Source: Capsulimonadaceae bacterium
Lineage (GTDB): Bacteria; Armatimonadota; Armatimonadia; Armatimonadales; Capsulimonadaceae
Length of the DNA: 64,000 nt
Assembly: GCA_965215505.1 (NCBI GenBank)
Contig: OZ244065.1
Span: forward strand, 5,376,001-5,440,000
Direction: 5' to 3'
Numbering within the stretch: position 1 is the stretch's first letter; each line of letters starts with the position of its first letter. The position numbers and the translations under genes were made by a program. Positions 16,790 to 26,021 of this stretch are shown in pieces. Under the pieces are notes generated by a model. The model did no database searches. It worked only from the letters and a program-made list of their open reading frames with translations, and was not told where the DNA came from.

Positions 16790-18541
16790 CTACGGCAGCG
16801 GCGTCACCGTCCGCTGCCAGGAGATGACGTCGTAGTGGTTGCCGGTCGTGGGGAAGAACGGCGGCGGGTGGTCCGCCAGGCGGTTGTCGTAGTGATACTG
16901 CTCGTTGTAGCCGTCGGCGATGGAGCCGTCGCCGTTGGCGACCGCGAAGTAGCCGGCGTCTCGTGTGATGACCCCGCCGATGGACGTCATGTTGCCTTTC
17001 GGGCCGCCCGTGGCGTAGCTGGGGTAGTCGAAGGTCGTGGTGGCAAAGATGCTGCCGTCGAACTCGATGTTGGAAGGGGCGTTCGGCCCGACCTGGACGT
17101 GATGCCCCAGGATGCCCAGGGTGCCCGCCTTCTGGTTGAAATTGGTATCTTGAGACTGCTGTACGTTGAGGTTCCGGGCCGTGTTGTACTTGACGGAGTC
17201 GGTAAGGGTGACGTCCTTGCTGTTGGAGAGGTCGGTGGCGATCGTCATCTGCGAGCGGCGCAGGATGTTGCCGCTGCCGTCGGTGACGTTGTCGGCCAGT
17301 GTGCCGCTGAGTGACGTGATGTTGCCGTCCGAGTAGACCATGCCGTTCGGAACCCCGGTTAGGGTCTGCGTGGTCGTGATGGGATGCCCCTGGCCGTCTA
17401 CCCCAGGCGTGCTGATCGTGGTCTGGTTCGTGTTCAGGTTGATGGTGACGGTCTGCGTGACGGTCCCCTGGGTCACCAGGATCTGCTGGTTACCGCCGCC
17501 GTCCAGTTGCAGCGTCATGCTGCTGTCGCCGTGAATAGAGATGCCGCCGGTGATCCTCCCGTTGTTCTGGTTGAAGCCCGACGTCGTGTTGATGCTGACG
17601 CCCGCCGTCGTGGGCGCGTTCGGGTCCGACGAGGAGGCATTATTGGGGACTATGTCGCCCAAGGCGGCATACTGCTGCTGGTAGCTCGTGGTCGGCAGCG
17701 GGATGGCCGGCGAATTGGGGATTTTGTTGCCGTTACTGTCCAGGATGTAGTTGCCGCTGGCGTCCTTCTGGAAGCCCGTCGTCATGGTGGCCGCACCGCC
17801 CGCCGCGACGCTGCTATAGTCCGAAGCGCTCGAAGGTGCGCCGACGACCCCGATGGTGTTTTTCCACCAGGTCACGTCGTCGGAGACCGAGAACGCATCC
17901 GAGCCGGTGTAGGTAAAGATGGGGGCGTCCGTCGGGTTGCGCCACAGGAACGTACTCTGGCCCGTATTGCCGTTGACTCCGTCGTTGAAGTGGACCGGCC
18001 CCTCGAAGTGGTTGTTGTAGTCCCAGAAGCCGCCGCCGTCATTGACCGCGAAGTAGGCGTACTTGCCGAAGCTGGTCTGCTGGACATACGTCCGCAGCGT
18101 CTGCGTCGCGCCGCTGGGCATGGTGGCGGTGGCCTCGATCAGATAGTGCTTCTGCACCGACTGCGTGTTGGTGTTGTCCGCATCTATGGTGACTTTGAGC
18201 GTCGCCCCGGCCTCAGAGGGCAGGTCGAACGGGTCGGCGATCGTCCCCGTCGTCCCGAAGAAGGTGCCCCCACTGAAGCTGAGGGCGGAGGGGTCCGGCG
18301 GCGCAGGCTGCTGGGCCAGCCACGCCCGGCCCAGGTCCAGGCCCGAGTCGGCCATGTTGAACGCCTCGGTCATGTCCGTGCGTTTCTGCGCCGACGCGAT
18401 GGTGGTGCCGACCAGGCTCATCAGGCCCGCCGCCGTGATGGTGAGCGCGAAGAGCAGTATCACCGTCGTGATCAGGGCGATGCCGCGCCGGGCGCGCGCC
18501 CGGCGGGCATACCGGTCCGTACAGGTTGGAATAGGGCGCAT
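16790..18541 (-). CDS. PilX-like minor pilin with large C-terminal domain (DUF4900-like)
   Basis: RRGIALITTV leader, AFNMADSG, FEGPVHFN and YHYDNRL...PPPFFPTT. Confidence 0.78.
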   Translation of the reverse strand: MRPIPTCTDRYARRARARRGIALITTVILLFALTITAAGLMSLVGTTIASAQKRTDMTEAFNMADSGLDLGRAWLAQQPAPPDPSALSFSGGTFFGTTGTIADPFDLPSEAGATLKVTIDADNTNTQSVQKHYLIEATATMPSGATQTLRTYVQQTSFGKYAYFAVNDGGGFWDYNNHFEGPVHFNDGVNGNTGQSTFLWRNPTDAPIFTYTGSDAFSVSDDVTWWKNTIGVVGAPSSASDYSSVAAGGAATMTTGFQKDASGNYILDSNGNKIPNSPAIPLPTTSYQQQYAALGDIVPNNASSSDPNAPTTAGVSINTTSGFNQNNGRITGGISIHGDSSMTLQLDGGGNQQILVTQGTVTQTVTINLNTNQTTISTPGVDGQGHPITTTQTLTGVPNGMVYSDGNITSLSGTLADNVTDGSGNILRRSQMTIATDLSNSKDVTLTDSVKYNTARNLNVQQSQDTNFNQKAGTLGILGHHVQVGPNAPSNIEFDGSIFATTTFDYPSYATGGPKGNMTSIGGVITRDAGYFAVANGDGSIADGYNEQYHYDNRLADHPPPFFPTTGNHYDVISWQRTVTPLP

Positions 18542-18545
18542 GGTG

Positions 18546-19370
18546 TTAGCCTCCAAAATAGAACCGCTTGCCATTCGCCCCGCCTGCGGCGGCCGGCGTC
18601 GGGCTATGGTCCCGCAAATAGACGCAGTCACCGGTCAGGGCGGTCGCGCCCCCGGTGGCCGAGTCGGACGAGGTCGTGCCGTGGACCGGGTCGTACTGGC
18701 CGCTGATGATCTTGATCTCCGCCTCGTTCGCGATCGGCGTGACTCCGTCCGCCTGCATCGGGACGATGAACTGCACCGCATCCGCCGTCGGCGCGATCGT
18801 CTTGATGACCGGGCCGGGCGTGATGGCCGCGCCGTTCTCCGTCCCCGTCACCCACAGGCAGTTGCCCGCCGTCGGATCGGGCGTGCCGTTCGCCCCGTTC
18901 GACTGATTCCAGTCGGCGCGGTAGAAGCTGACCGTCGCCGTACTCGGACTGCCGATCTTGTAGGGCACGTTGGCCCCGGTCAGAGGGCCTTTGCTGACGT
19001 TCGCGCCGGTCGTGTAATAGATGCTCCCGTTGGTGGAGAGCGGGGAGATGTACGGCGTGGGGCTGGTGATCGTGATGCCGGTGACGACCGTGTGGCCGTT
19101 CTTGTCCACGGCGTCATGCGTGGCGTCGTCGAGCAGCGTGAAGTGATCGGCCTCGCGCATGTCCGCCGTGATTCGCTGCACCGCGTTGGAGGCGTCGGCG
19201 GACGAGAGGGACGCGCCGACCACACTTCCGGTCAGGCGGAGCATCAGGATGAACACGCCGACCGCGCCGCCCAGCAGCAGGGTCAGAATGCCCAGGCTTA
19301 ACATCAGTTCGGGCAGGGTGTTGCCGCGCCGCGCGCGGCGTCTTCGGGTTCGGTCGTGCATGGGCGGCAT
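18546..19370 (-). CDS. PilW-like minor pilin
   Basis: RRGNTLPELM + hydrophobic helix, ITADMREA. Confidence 0.75.
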   Translation of the reverse strand: MPPMHDRTRRRRARRGNTLPELMLSLGILTLLLGGAVGVFILMLRLTGSVVGASLSSADASNAVQRITADMREADHFTLLDDATHDAVDKNGHTVVTGITITSPTPYISPLSTNGSIYYTTGANVSKGPLTGANVPYKIGSPSTATVSFYRADWNQSNGANGTPDPTAGNCLWVTGTENGAAITPGPVIKTIAPTADAVQFIVPMQADGVTPIANEAEIKIISGQYDPVHGTTSSDSATGGATALTGDCVYLRDHSPTPAAAGGANGKRFYFGG

Positions 19371-19423
19371 CCTTTTCCGGGAGGCGAAGTAAAGGCCGGG
19401 AGTGAGAATTCAGAGGCTAAAGG

Positions 19424-20011
19424 TCATACGGGGGCCATCGCCGTGTGCGTCGTGAGCGTCCCGTTCCCCTGGTTCGGCCCGGCCCAGGTGATCGTGACGG
19501 TGACGCTTTTCAGCAGTGTGGCGGGCACGGAGACGTTCGTGCCGTTGTTGGGGGTCGTCAGGTCGTGATAATCCCCGACCGAAAGGACGCCCGTACTGCC
19601 CGCCGGGAAGAAGCCGGGGTAGGCGATGCCGCCCTTGGTGTTGTCCACCAGGTTGTCGGTCAGGGTGAACGGGTAGGAGACCGTGCCGGCGGGCAGGCCC
19701 GCCGGATTGGGGACGACGATGGCCGTCCCGTTGTTGGTATCAATCACGCCCTGTCCCGCCAGCGTCGCCGCGTCCAGCTTGGCCGCCCCGAGGTTCCGGA
19801 GCTGGTCTATCTTGTGCTGCGCCAGGAAAGACGCTTCGGCATAACTGCCGCCGACATGGCTGGCGCGGTTGGCCACCGGGAAGACCGCGCCGAGCAGAAC
19901 GAGGATCATTCCGAAGACGAACATCGCGATCGCAAGCTCCACCAGCGTGAAGCCCGCGCGGCGGGGTGAGGAGCGGCGGAAGGGACGGCGCATGGCGTAC
20001 TGGGTGGGCAT
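19424..20011 (-). CDS. PilV-like minor pilin
   Basis: AGFTLVELAIAM, LAQHKIDQLR and KSVTVTITW. Confidence 0.8.
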   Translation of the reverse strand: MPTQYAMRRPFRRSSPRRAGFTLVELAIAMFVFGMILVLLGAVFPVANRASHVGGSYAEASFLAQHKIDQLRNLGAAKLDAATLAGQGVIDTNNGTAIVVPNPAGLPAGTVSYPFTLTDNLVDNTKGGIAYPGFFPAGSTGVLSVGDYHDLTTPNNGTNVSVPATLLKSVTVTITWAGPNQGNGTLTTHTAMAPV

Positions 20012-20021
20012 GATAGTGTCA

Positions 20022-20047
20022 TTGTCGGCGGGGGCGGGCGGCTTTTA
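20022..20047 (-). promoter_or_regulatory. Sigma28 (FliA/WhiG)-like promoter of the minor pilins
   Basis: Minus strand TAAA-N14-GCCGACAA. Confidence 0.5.
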
Positions 20048-20069
20048 TAGGGCCTGGTTCCCCGCAGGG

Positions 20070-20540
20070 CTAATACCCGTGGAACCACTTGCCCCCGGTT
20101 TGGTAGTCCGCCCCCCCCGGAGGGCCGGTGGCGACGCTGCACGTCGGGGCGGCGGTGACGCCTCCCAGTGTGTAGACGCCGCCGGAGGGGCAGACCGGGG
20201 CGGACCGGATGTAGTTCTGGCTGCCGCCCGCCTGGGTCAGTTGGTACATCCCGTCCGGCCCGGCGACCGTCGGCGTGACCCCGTCCACGCTGAACGCCGC
20301 CGCCGAGGAGGCGGCCAGCTTGTTGTCCATGGCGCACTGGGTCTTGGCACTGTTGATCTGGTATAGGTTGGCGACACAGGCTCTGGCGCGGGACGACTCG
20401 CGGGCGCTGACTAAGTACGGGACCGAGATCGCCAGCAGAATGCCGATGAGCAGGACGACCACCATGATCTCGACCAGTGTGAAGCCGTGCCGCCGCTCCT
20501 GACGGGGCTTTGTTTGAACAGACCTTGTCTGGTGTGTCAT
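20070..20540 (-). CDS. Type IV pilin-like protein (paralog 2)
   Basis: HGFTLVEIMVVV; PVCPSGG.Y...PTCSV; closely parallels 22708-23139. Confidence 0.88.
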   Translation of the reverse strand: MTHQTRSVQTKPRQERRHGFTLVEIMVVVLLIGILLAISVPYLVSARESSRARACVANLYQINSAKTQCAMDNKLAASSAAAFSVDGVTPTVAGPDGMYQLTQAGGSQNYIRSAPVCPSGGVYTLGGVTAAPTCSVATGPPGGADYQTGGKWFHGY

Positions 20541-22552
20541 CGGAAATCCTTTTCTGCCGCCGGCGCACCGGGGACGCCCGACCCGTTGCGCGCGGATAAA
20601 GCGTGCGCCCCCCGGTGTCCGGCCTGCGCGCAGCGCTGGAGGCCCTGCGTCGCCGCATCGCAGGTGAATAGCGATAACACGTCAGTGTAGGACGCCGCCG
20701 CGACATCATAATCGCCGCCGTCATATGCCAGGTTTGCCCGCACCAGGGCACCGTTGCCGTAGTTGAGCGCCAGCAGCGCCAGATACCGGTCGCGCTGCAA
20801 ATCGCCGCCGAAGACGCCGCGCAGCGAGTAGGAGCGCCAGAGCCGCTCCGTCTCGGCGCGCAGGGTCGGCGCGGCAGGCTTGTGACCCTGCGGGAAGACC
20901 CGCGTGACCAGGCCGACGGTGGCCGTCGCGTAGTGACGGTCCAGATAGACGTCCATCCGTATCCGGTCGCCGCCATCGTCGTGGAACAACGGCGAGTTAT
21001 ACAGGATGGGCGTGCCGGCGGGGGACAGGACGCAGACGGGGACCCGGCGGGCGACGGCGTCCCGGATCACGCGGCGCAGTGGATCTTCCGCCAGCGCCTG
21101 CATCGCCTCGATGCCCTGGGGGGGATACAGCCTGGTCATGGGCGGATAGCGCCGCTTCAGGTCGTGGAGATACCAGGCGTTCGCGAAGGCCTGGTAGCGC
21201 GGGTCATAGATGACGCTCAACATGCCGCGCCGGATCAGGGTGACATCGGGGCGCCGCCCTTCCACCAGTTGAAGATAGATCACCCCGAAGGCGGCCGTGT
21301 CGTCGCCGCTCTCGATCAGCAGGCCGTGCGGTGGGACGGAGGCCAGCAGGTTGCGGGCGTAGTCATAGCAGGTCCAGTTTCCGCGGAGGCTGACGGCACC
21401 GTGCGCCGCGGCCTGAATGGGGACGAGTGCCAGAGTACACAGCGCCCCGAACGCCGCATAGGCGGGGCGCTTGGCGGGTTCCACGCGCGGCTCCAACACT
21501 TGCCACAGCCCGAGCAGGCAGCGCGCGGCGCAGAGGCTCATCGCGACATAACACGGGATGAAGTAGATGTAGGCGTTGTAGATGCTGTAGTTGATGGCGA
21601 AGACCACGTCGGCGAAGACGATCCAGGTCAGCAGCAGTGCAAGGGGGCGCTCGGCACGCCCTCTCCAAAGCAGCCCCAGCCCCAATACACATAGGGCGAC
21701 CAGCGGCCAAGGGAATTGCAGCGGCATGTTCTCGACCCACGACAGGAAATGCTGCTTGATCCAGGATGGCGGATCATGGAACATCCCCGCCGAGAAAATG
21801 CGGCCCGACACATGGTAGTAAAAGGCGAAAGGCGTCTCGGTGTCGCCCCAATTGTAGGCCGGGTGCGTCCGGGCGCGCAGCGGCAGGTACAAATAGGTCA
21901 GCAGCGGTAAGGCGCCCAGCCCCAGCGTCTTCGCCCATTCTTTGCGGACCTCCGGGCCTTTCCACCGCCTCAGCGCCGGCGCGGACCACAGCACGAAGGC
22001 GATGAAGCCCGGCAGGAAGAGTGTGTTGGTCTGGTGCGAGGTCAGCGTGAACCCGTAGGCCACCGCCAGCAGCCGTAGGTCGGCGGGGCGGCAGCCCCGC
22101 GCCCGCCAGCGCGTCGCGAGGAACAGGAGGAGGCAGGTGAAAAACGCCGCCAGCGTATAGGTCTCGGTGATCAGACACTGCTGCCAGAAAGTGGAACTGA
22201 AAGCCAGCAGCCCGCCCGCCGTCAAGGCGAGGGGCCGGGGCAGCCCGGTCGCGCGGGCACACCCGTAGAGACAGGCGACTGCGAGCGATCCAAGGACGGC
22301 GCTCAGGACGTTCAAGCGCCAGACGAGGCTGCCCACCGGCAGCAGCAGCGTCCACGCCTTGCCCAGCAGGCAGTAAAGCGGGTAGCCGGTCGGGTGGGGG
22401 ACCCCCAGTGTCACGGCCACCGTAGCCAGCTCGCCGCAGTCGCCCCAGTACAGGGTCGGGCAGAGAGTCCACAGGTAAACGCTAAACACGGCGGCGGCCA
22501 GGGCGAGCGCCAGCAGGGTGTCCATGTGTCGTCGGAGCAAAGGATGGTTCAT
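20537..22552 (-). CDS. DUF2723 (TMEM260-like) GT-C membrane glycosyltransferase
   Basis: YWGDCGEL, LGVPHPTGYPLY.LLG, ETYTL, YLYLPLRA..HP..NWG and EGRRPDV; many TM helices. Confidence 0.85.
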   Translation of the reverse strand: MNHPLLRRHMDTLLALALAAAVFSVYLWTLCPTLYWGDCGELATVAVTLGVPHPTGYPLYCLLGKAWTLLLPVGSLVWRLNVLSAVLGSLAVACLYGCARATGLPRPLALTAGGLLAFSSTFWQQCLITETYTLAAFFTCLLLFLATRWRARGCRPADLRLLAVAYGFTLTSHQTNTLFLPGFIAFVLWSAPALRRWKGPEVRKEWAKTLGLGALPLLTYLYLPLRARTHPAYNWGDTETPFAFYYHVSGRIFSAGMFHDPPSWIKQHFLSWVENMPLQFPWPLVALCVLGLGLLWRGRAERPLALLLTWIVFADVVFAINYSIYNAYIYFIPCYVAMSLCAARCLLGLWQVLEPRVEPAKRPAYAAFGALCTLALVPIQAAAHGAVSLRGNWTCYDYARNLLASVPPHGLLIESGDDTAAFGVIYLQLVEGRRPDVTLIRRGMLSVIYDPRYQAFANAWYLHDLKRRYPPMTRLYPPQGIEAMQALAEDPLRRVIRDAVARRVPVCVLSPAGTPILYNSPLFHDDGGDRIRMDVYLDRHYATATVGLVTRVFPQGHKPAAPTLRAETERLWRSYSLRGVFGGDLQRDRYLALLALNYGNGALVRANLAYDGGDYDVAAASYTDVLSLFTCDAATQGLQRCAQAGHRGAHALSARNGSGVPGAPAAEKDFR

Positions 22553-22594
22553 ACGGCCTCGCGCTTGCACGGCAATAATGCCGGGATGCCGTTA

Positions 22595-22621
22595 TTATCG
22601 GCAAAAGGCGGCGAGACTTGA
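22595..22621 (-). promoter_or_regulatory. Sigma28-like promoter of the glycosyltransferase / pilin 2
   Basis: Minus strand TCAA-N15-GCCGATAA (perfect -10). Confidence 0.65.
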
Positions 22622-22634
22622 GGGCGGGCGCGGC

Positions 22635-22664
22635 AAAAAGCGGGGGCGCGTCTGCGCCCCCGCT
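22635..22664 (-). terminator. Intrinsic terminator after the major pilin
   Basis: GCGGGGGCGC/GCGCCCCCGC stem with a T5 tail on the minus strand. Confidence 0.75.
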
Positions 22665-22707
22665 GGAAGGATAGTTCGGACTCAGGCCGTCCTGAGAGGT
22701 CTCCTGC

Positions 22708-23139
22708 CTAGTTCGTCAGGCCGTGGAACCACTTGGCACCCGACTCATAGCCGCTGCCCGCAGTGCCGGTGACCGAGCAGGTCGGGAGCGCGGAGACGAG
22801 GCCGGGGGTGTAGGTGCCGGCGGACGGGCAGACCGGGGTCGCGCGGACATAGCCGCCCGCCCCGACCAGCTGGAAGAGAGTTGCGGTGCTGGCGGTCGTG
22901 CCGTCAATGCTGAAGGTGGCGGTGGATGTGCCGGAGAGCTTGTTGTCCATGGCCGACTGCTGCTTCGCACTGTCGATCTGCTTGAGGTTGCCGACGCAGG
23001 ATTTGGCGCGGGCCGATTCACGGGCGGCGACGAAGTTAGGGATCGCGATCGCCAGCAGGATGCCGATGATCAGGACGACGATCATGATTTCGACCAGCGT
23101 AAAGCCGGCCTTCTGATTCTTCGGGCGGAAAAACTTCAT
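22708..23139 (-). CDS. Major type IV pilin-like protein
   Basis: AGFTLVEIMIVVLIIGILLAIAIPNF; AAAGGAG RBS; own terminator; Ser/Thr-rich. Confidence 0.9.
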   Translation of the reverse strand: MKFFRPKNQKAGFTLVEIMIVVLIIGILLAIAIPNFVAARESARAKSCVGNLKQIDSAKQQSAMDNKLSGTSTATFSIDGTTASTATLFQLVGAGGYVRATPVCPSAGTYTPGLVSALPTCSVTGTAGSGYESGAKWFHGLTN

Positions 23140-23246
23140 ACGAAACTCCTTTTTCGGAAACGAGCGATGTTGATTCGGACTGTTGATTTGGAGTGCGGCC
23201 CCGCGCCTGCTTGGTGTTGCGGGTGCCTCCTCGGGTGACAGTTCTA

Positions 23247-23274
23247 GTATCGGGGCGTCCGGTGCGCCTCTTTA
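23247..23274 (-). promoter_or_regulatory. Sigma28-like promoter of the major pilin
   Basis: Minus strand TAAA-N16-CCCGATAC. Confidence 0.5.
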
Positions 23275-23306
23275 GGGCGCGGCGGACTAAAGTTATACGG
23301 GGATAT

Positions 23307-24116
23307 TCATTTGGGCGCGTCCAGGCGCTTGACGCCCTCCATCGCGGCCAGGGCGATGATGCGCGGCTTGATGAGGGATGCCCACACTTTGTAGCCGTCG
23401 GCGTTGAAATGCAGCCCGTCCGCCCGCAGCAGTTTGGGCTGCGGCTGGTCGTCGGCGGTCAGGAGCTGCGCGTGCGGGTTAATGAAGTTCAGCTTCTCGG
23501 CTTTAGAGGTGGTCTCGACGCTGAACTTCTCGATGAGGTAGTTTGTTTCCAGGTTCCGGGGTTCCTGTTTCCAGCGTGCGACCGTGGGGTTGATCGCGAG
23601 GTAGACGAGGCGCGTGTCCGGCAGCGCGGCGTGGATCTTAGCCACGAAGTCTTTGTAATCCTGGAGGACCTGCTGCGGGTTCTTGTTGCCGTAGGCCAGA
23701 TCGTTGGTGCCCGCGCAGAGGACGATGATCTTCGGCTTGTAGGGGAAGGCAATGCGGGCGACATATTGCGTGCTGTCCTGAATGAGCGAGCCGCCGAAGC
23801 CACGGTTGATCACCGGGATCTCCGGGAAGTCCTGCGCCAGAGTGGACCAGAGTTTGATGCTCGAACTGCCCATGAACAGCACCGCCCCGGCGGGCGGCAT
23901 CTGCTTCCGGTCCGCTTCCCAAAACTCGTTGATCTCCCGAGCCGCGTTCCCATTCGCAGGCACGGGGGCGGATGGCAGGGCATACGTCGTTTGCGCCGCC
24001 GACTGCGCCAAAACCGGGGGGCTGGCGGGGCCGAGCGTTAATCCGCCGACCAGCAGGGCGTTCGCCGCCAGGGCGAGGGTAAGCAGCGGATGAGAGGTTG
24101 TGTTGAGTTTTTTCAT
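23307..24116 (-). CDS. SGNH/GDSL hydrolase
   Basis: GSSS, NRGFGG, AGTND and DGLH blocks; signal peptide. Confidence 0.9.
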   Translation of the reverse strand: MKKLNTTSHPLLTLALAANALLVGGLTLGPASPPVLAQSAAQTTYALPSAPVPANGNAAREINEFWEADRKQMPPAGAVLFMGSSSIKLWSTLAQDFPEIPVINRGFGGSLIQDSTQYVARIAFPYKPKIIVLCAGTNDLAYGNKNPQQVLQDYKDFVAKIHAALPDTRLVYLAINPTVARWKQEPRNLETNYLIEKFSVETTSKAEKLNFINPHAQLLTADDQPQPKLLRADGLHFNADGYKVWASLIKPRIIALAAMEGVKRLDAPK

Positions 24117-24149
24117 GGGTTTCCATCAGACCTTTTGAGACCCCGGATT

Positions 24150-24962
24150 TCAATCCGGGGAGCGAGGCTTGCCTTTGTCGACACGTCTGTCGCCCGCGCC
24201 CAGCCGGACGACGGCGGCGGCAGCGTCCTTGCCGACGAGGGCGTAGCCGGCGTCCGTCAGATGCGTGAAGTCGCGGCTGTTGAAATAGGCCGGGTTGTAT
24301 TCCGCCCCCGGCGCCCCCAGCCGGGGGTCGGCCTGCACGTCCACGATCCCGTCGGCGAATGCGCGCCAGTTCCGGCGGATGAGGGCGGCGTACTGCACCA
24401 TCTGGGCGTCAAAGTCGGCGGGGTAAACGCGGGGGTAGGCGGCGACCGGCGGCGTGACGACGAGGATGCGCCACGGGTGCGCGGCCTTCCGCGCCCGGCA
24501 GTAGGCCGTCAGTCTGCCGAAGGCCGTTCCGGCGCTCTCACGCGCGCCGCCCAGATCGTTGGTGCCGCCGAAGATGATCAGCACGTTCTCGGCCAGGTGC
24601 GGGTCGAACAAGGGGTCAATCTTTGTCGGGGCCTCGCCGGTCAGCGGCCCGAAGTTCCAGCCGCCTGTCCCCAGACTCCTGACGCGCCAGGCCGGGCCGA
24701 GCGTCCGAGCGAGTACGGCAGGGTAGGTCGTGTCCGTCGCCGTTCCGTGATTTGGGGAGACGTCGGCACTCGGGAGAGGACTAGACGCCTGCTCCCGGAG
24801 TACGCCCGGCGTTCCCAAGCCCGAGGAGGCGTTGGCACCCCAGGTCAGGCTGTCGCCGTGGCAGACGACTTGCCCTTTGACCGGCGGCGTTTGTGCCTGG
24901 GCTGCTCCGAGCGCCCCGACGAAAAGTGACAATGCTGTGATTAGGAGCCGTTTCATGGTCAT
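24150..24962 (-). CDS. SGNH/GDSL hydrolase
   Basis: GDSLT, GGTND and DFTH blocks; signal peptide; start 24962 or 24956. Confidence 0.88.
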   Translation of the reverse strand: MTMKRLLITALSLFVGALGAAQAQTPPVKGQVVCHGDSLTWGANASSGLGTPGVLREQASSPLPSADVSPNHGTATDTTYPAVLARTLGPAWRVRSLGTGGWNFGPLTGEAPTKIDPLFDPHLAENVLIIFGGTNDLGGARESAGTAFGRLTAYCRARKAAHPWRILVVTPPVAAYPRVYPADFDAQMVQYAALIRRNWRAFADGIVDVQADPRLGAPGAEYNPAYFNSRDFTHLTDAGYALVGKDAAAAVVRLGAGDRRVDKGKPRSPD

Positions 24963-25138
24963 AGTGTGATCCTGCGTCGTGTTTCTTGCAAACCGACAGA
25001 GGGCATTATAGCAAGCATCGCGGGAAAGCGCAAGGGACGGCCAACAGATTTTCCGGCGCGGCACGGGGAATGTGGGTATAAGGCTCACAGGCAATAGAAC
25101 GGAAGACTGCCGGGGCGGGCAGAGAAACGGCGCGGTTC

Positions 25139-25987
25139 ATGCAGGAGTATCAGTTCGGCGTCAGCGAGTTCACGACGATGCCATGGACGTTCGAGCAGGA
25201 TGTGGAGGCTTACGCCCGGCTCGGCGTCCAGGCCATCGAGGTCTGCGAGGCCAAATTAGACGAGTCGCGGTGGCAGGAGCAGATCGCGCAGCCCGCCGCG
25301 CGGGGGCTGGCGGTCACGTCCATTCAGCCCGCCGTTCGCACCCTGTTCCCGAGCAAGGGCCAGCCCGCCCCCCTGGACATCGGGGAGCGACTGGCGCGGT
25401 TCCGCCAGACGGTCACGCGGCTGGCCCCGTCCGTGCCGCAGGCCGTTTTCGTCACCAATACCGGCATCCCGCCGGGTGGGAACATACAGCAGGTGTGGGA
25501 TACGGCCATCCCCGCCTACCGCGCCTTGGCCGCCTTCGCCGCCGACCACGGGGCGCGGGTCGCGCTGGAGCCGCTGAACGCCTCCATCGTCAACATCGAG
25601 ACGGCGGTCTGGACTCTCGACCAGGCCATGCAGATCGTCAAGTCAGTGGACCATGACAGCTTCGGCATCTGCCTGGACTGCTGGAACGTCTGGCAGAACG
25701 CGGGCATCCTGGACGGCATCCGGGCGGCGGGCGACCGCATCTTCGTCGTCCAGATCAGCGACTGGCGAACGCCGCGCTCGTTTGAAGACCGTCTGATCCC
25801 AGGCCAGGGAGAGATCCCGCTGCCCGCCTTCCTGCGCGCCGTCCGAGAATCCGGGTTTACCGGGGCCTACTCGGTGGAAATCTTCTCGCAAGGGGTCCCC
25901 GACGCGCTCTGGGAGGCCGATTTGGAGCAGGTCCTCCGGGACAGCCGGACCGGCCTGGACGCGGCCTGGCACAGATCGTTCGCATGA
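25139..25987 (+). CDS. Sugar phosphate isomerase/epimerase (xylose-isomerase-like TIM barrel)
   Basis: LEPL, LD.W, QISD, R.IPGQG and SVEIFS. Confidence 0.85.
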   Translation: MQEYQFGVSEFTTMPWTFEQDVEAYARLGVQAIEVCEAKLDESRWQEQIAQPAARGLAVTSIQPAVRTLFPSKGQPAPLDIGERLARFRQTVTRLAPSVPQAVFVTNTGIPPGGNIQQVWDTAIPAYRALAAFAADHGARVALEPLNASIVNIETAVWTLDQAMQIVKSVDHDSFGICLDCWNVWQNAGILDGIRAAGDRIFVVQISDWRTPRSFEDRLIPGQGEIPLPAFLRAVRESGFTGAYSVEIFSQGVPDALWEADLEQVLRDSRTGLDAAWHRSFA

Positions 25988-26021
25988 CCTTTACACCCCC
26001 TTCGACTCACAAGGAGCTTTC

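Noticed and set aside
20111-20118. G8 tract in pilin 2 (and C9 at 11229-11237) as phase-variation switches
   Set aside because: Short homopolymers are expected at this GC content; the frame is intact and there is no evidence of variation
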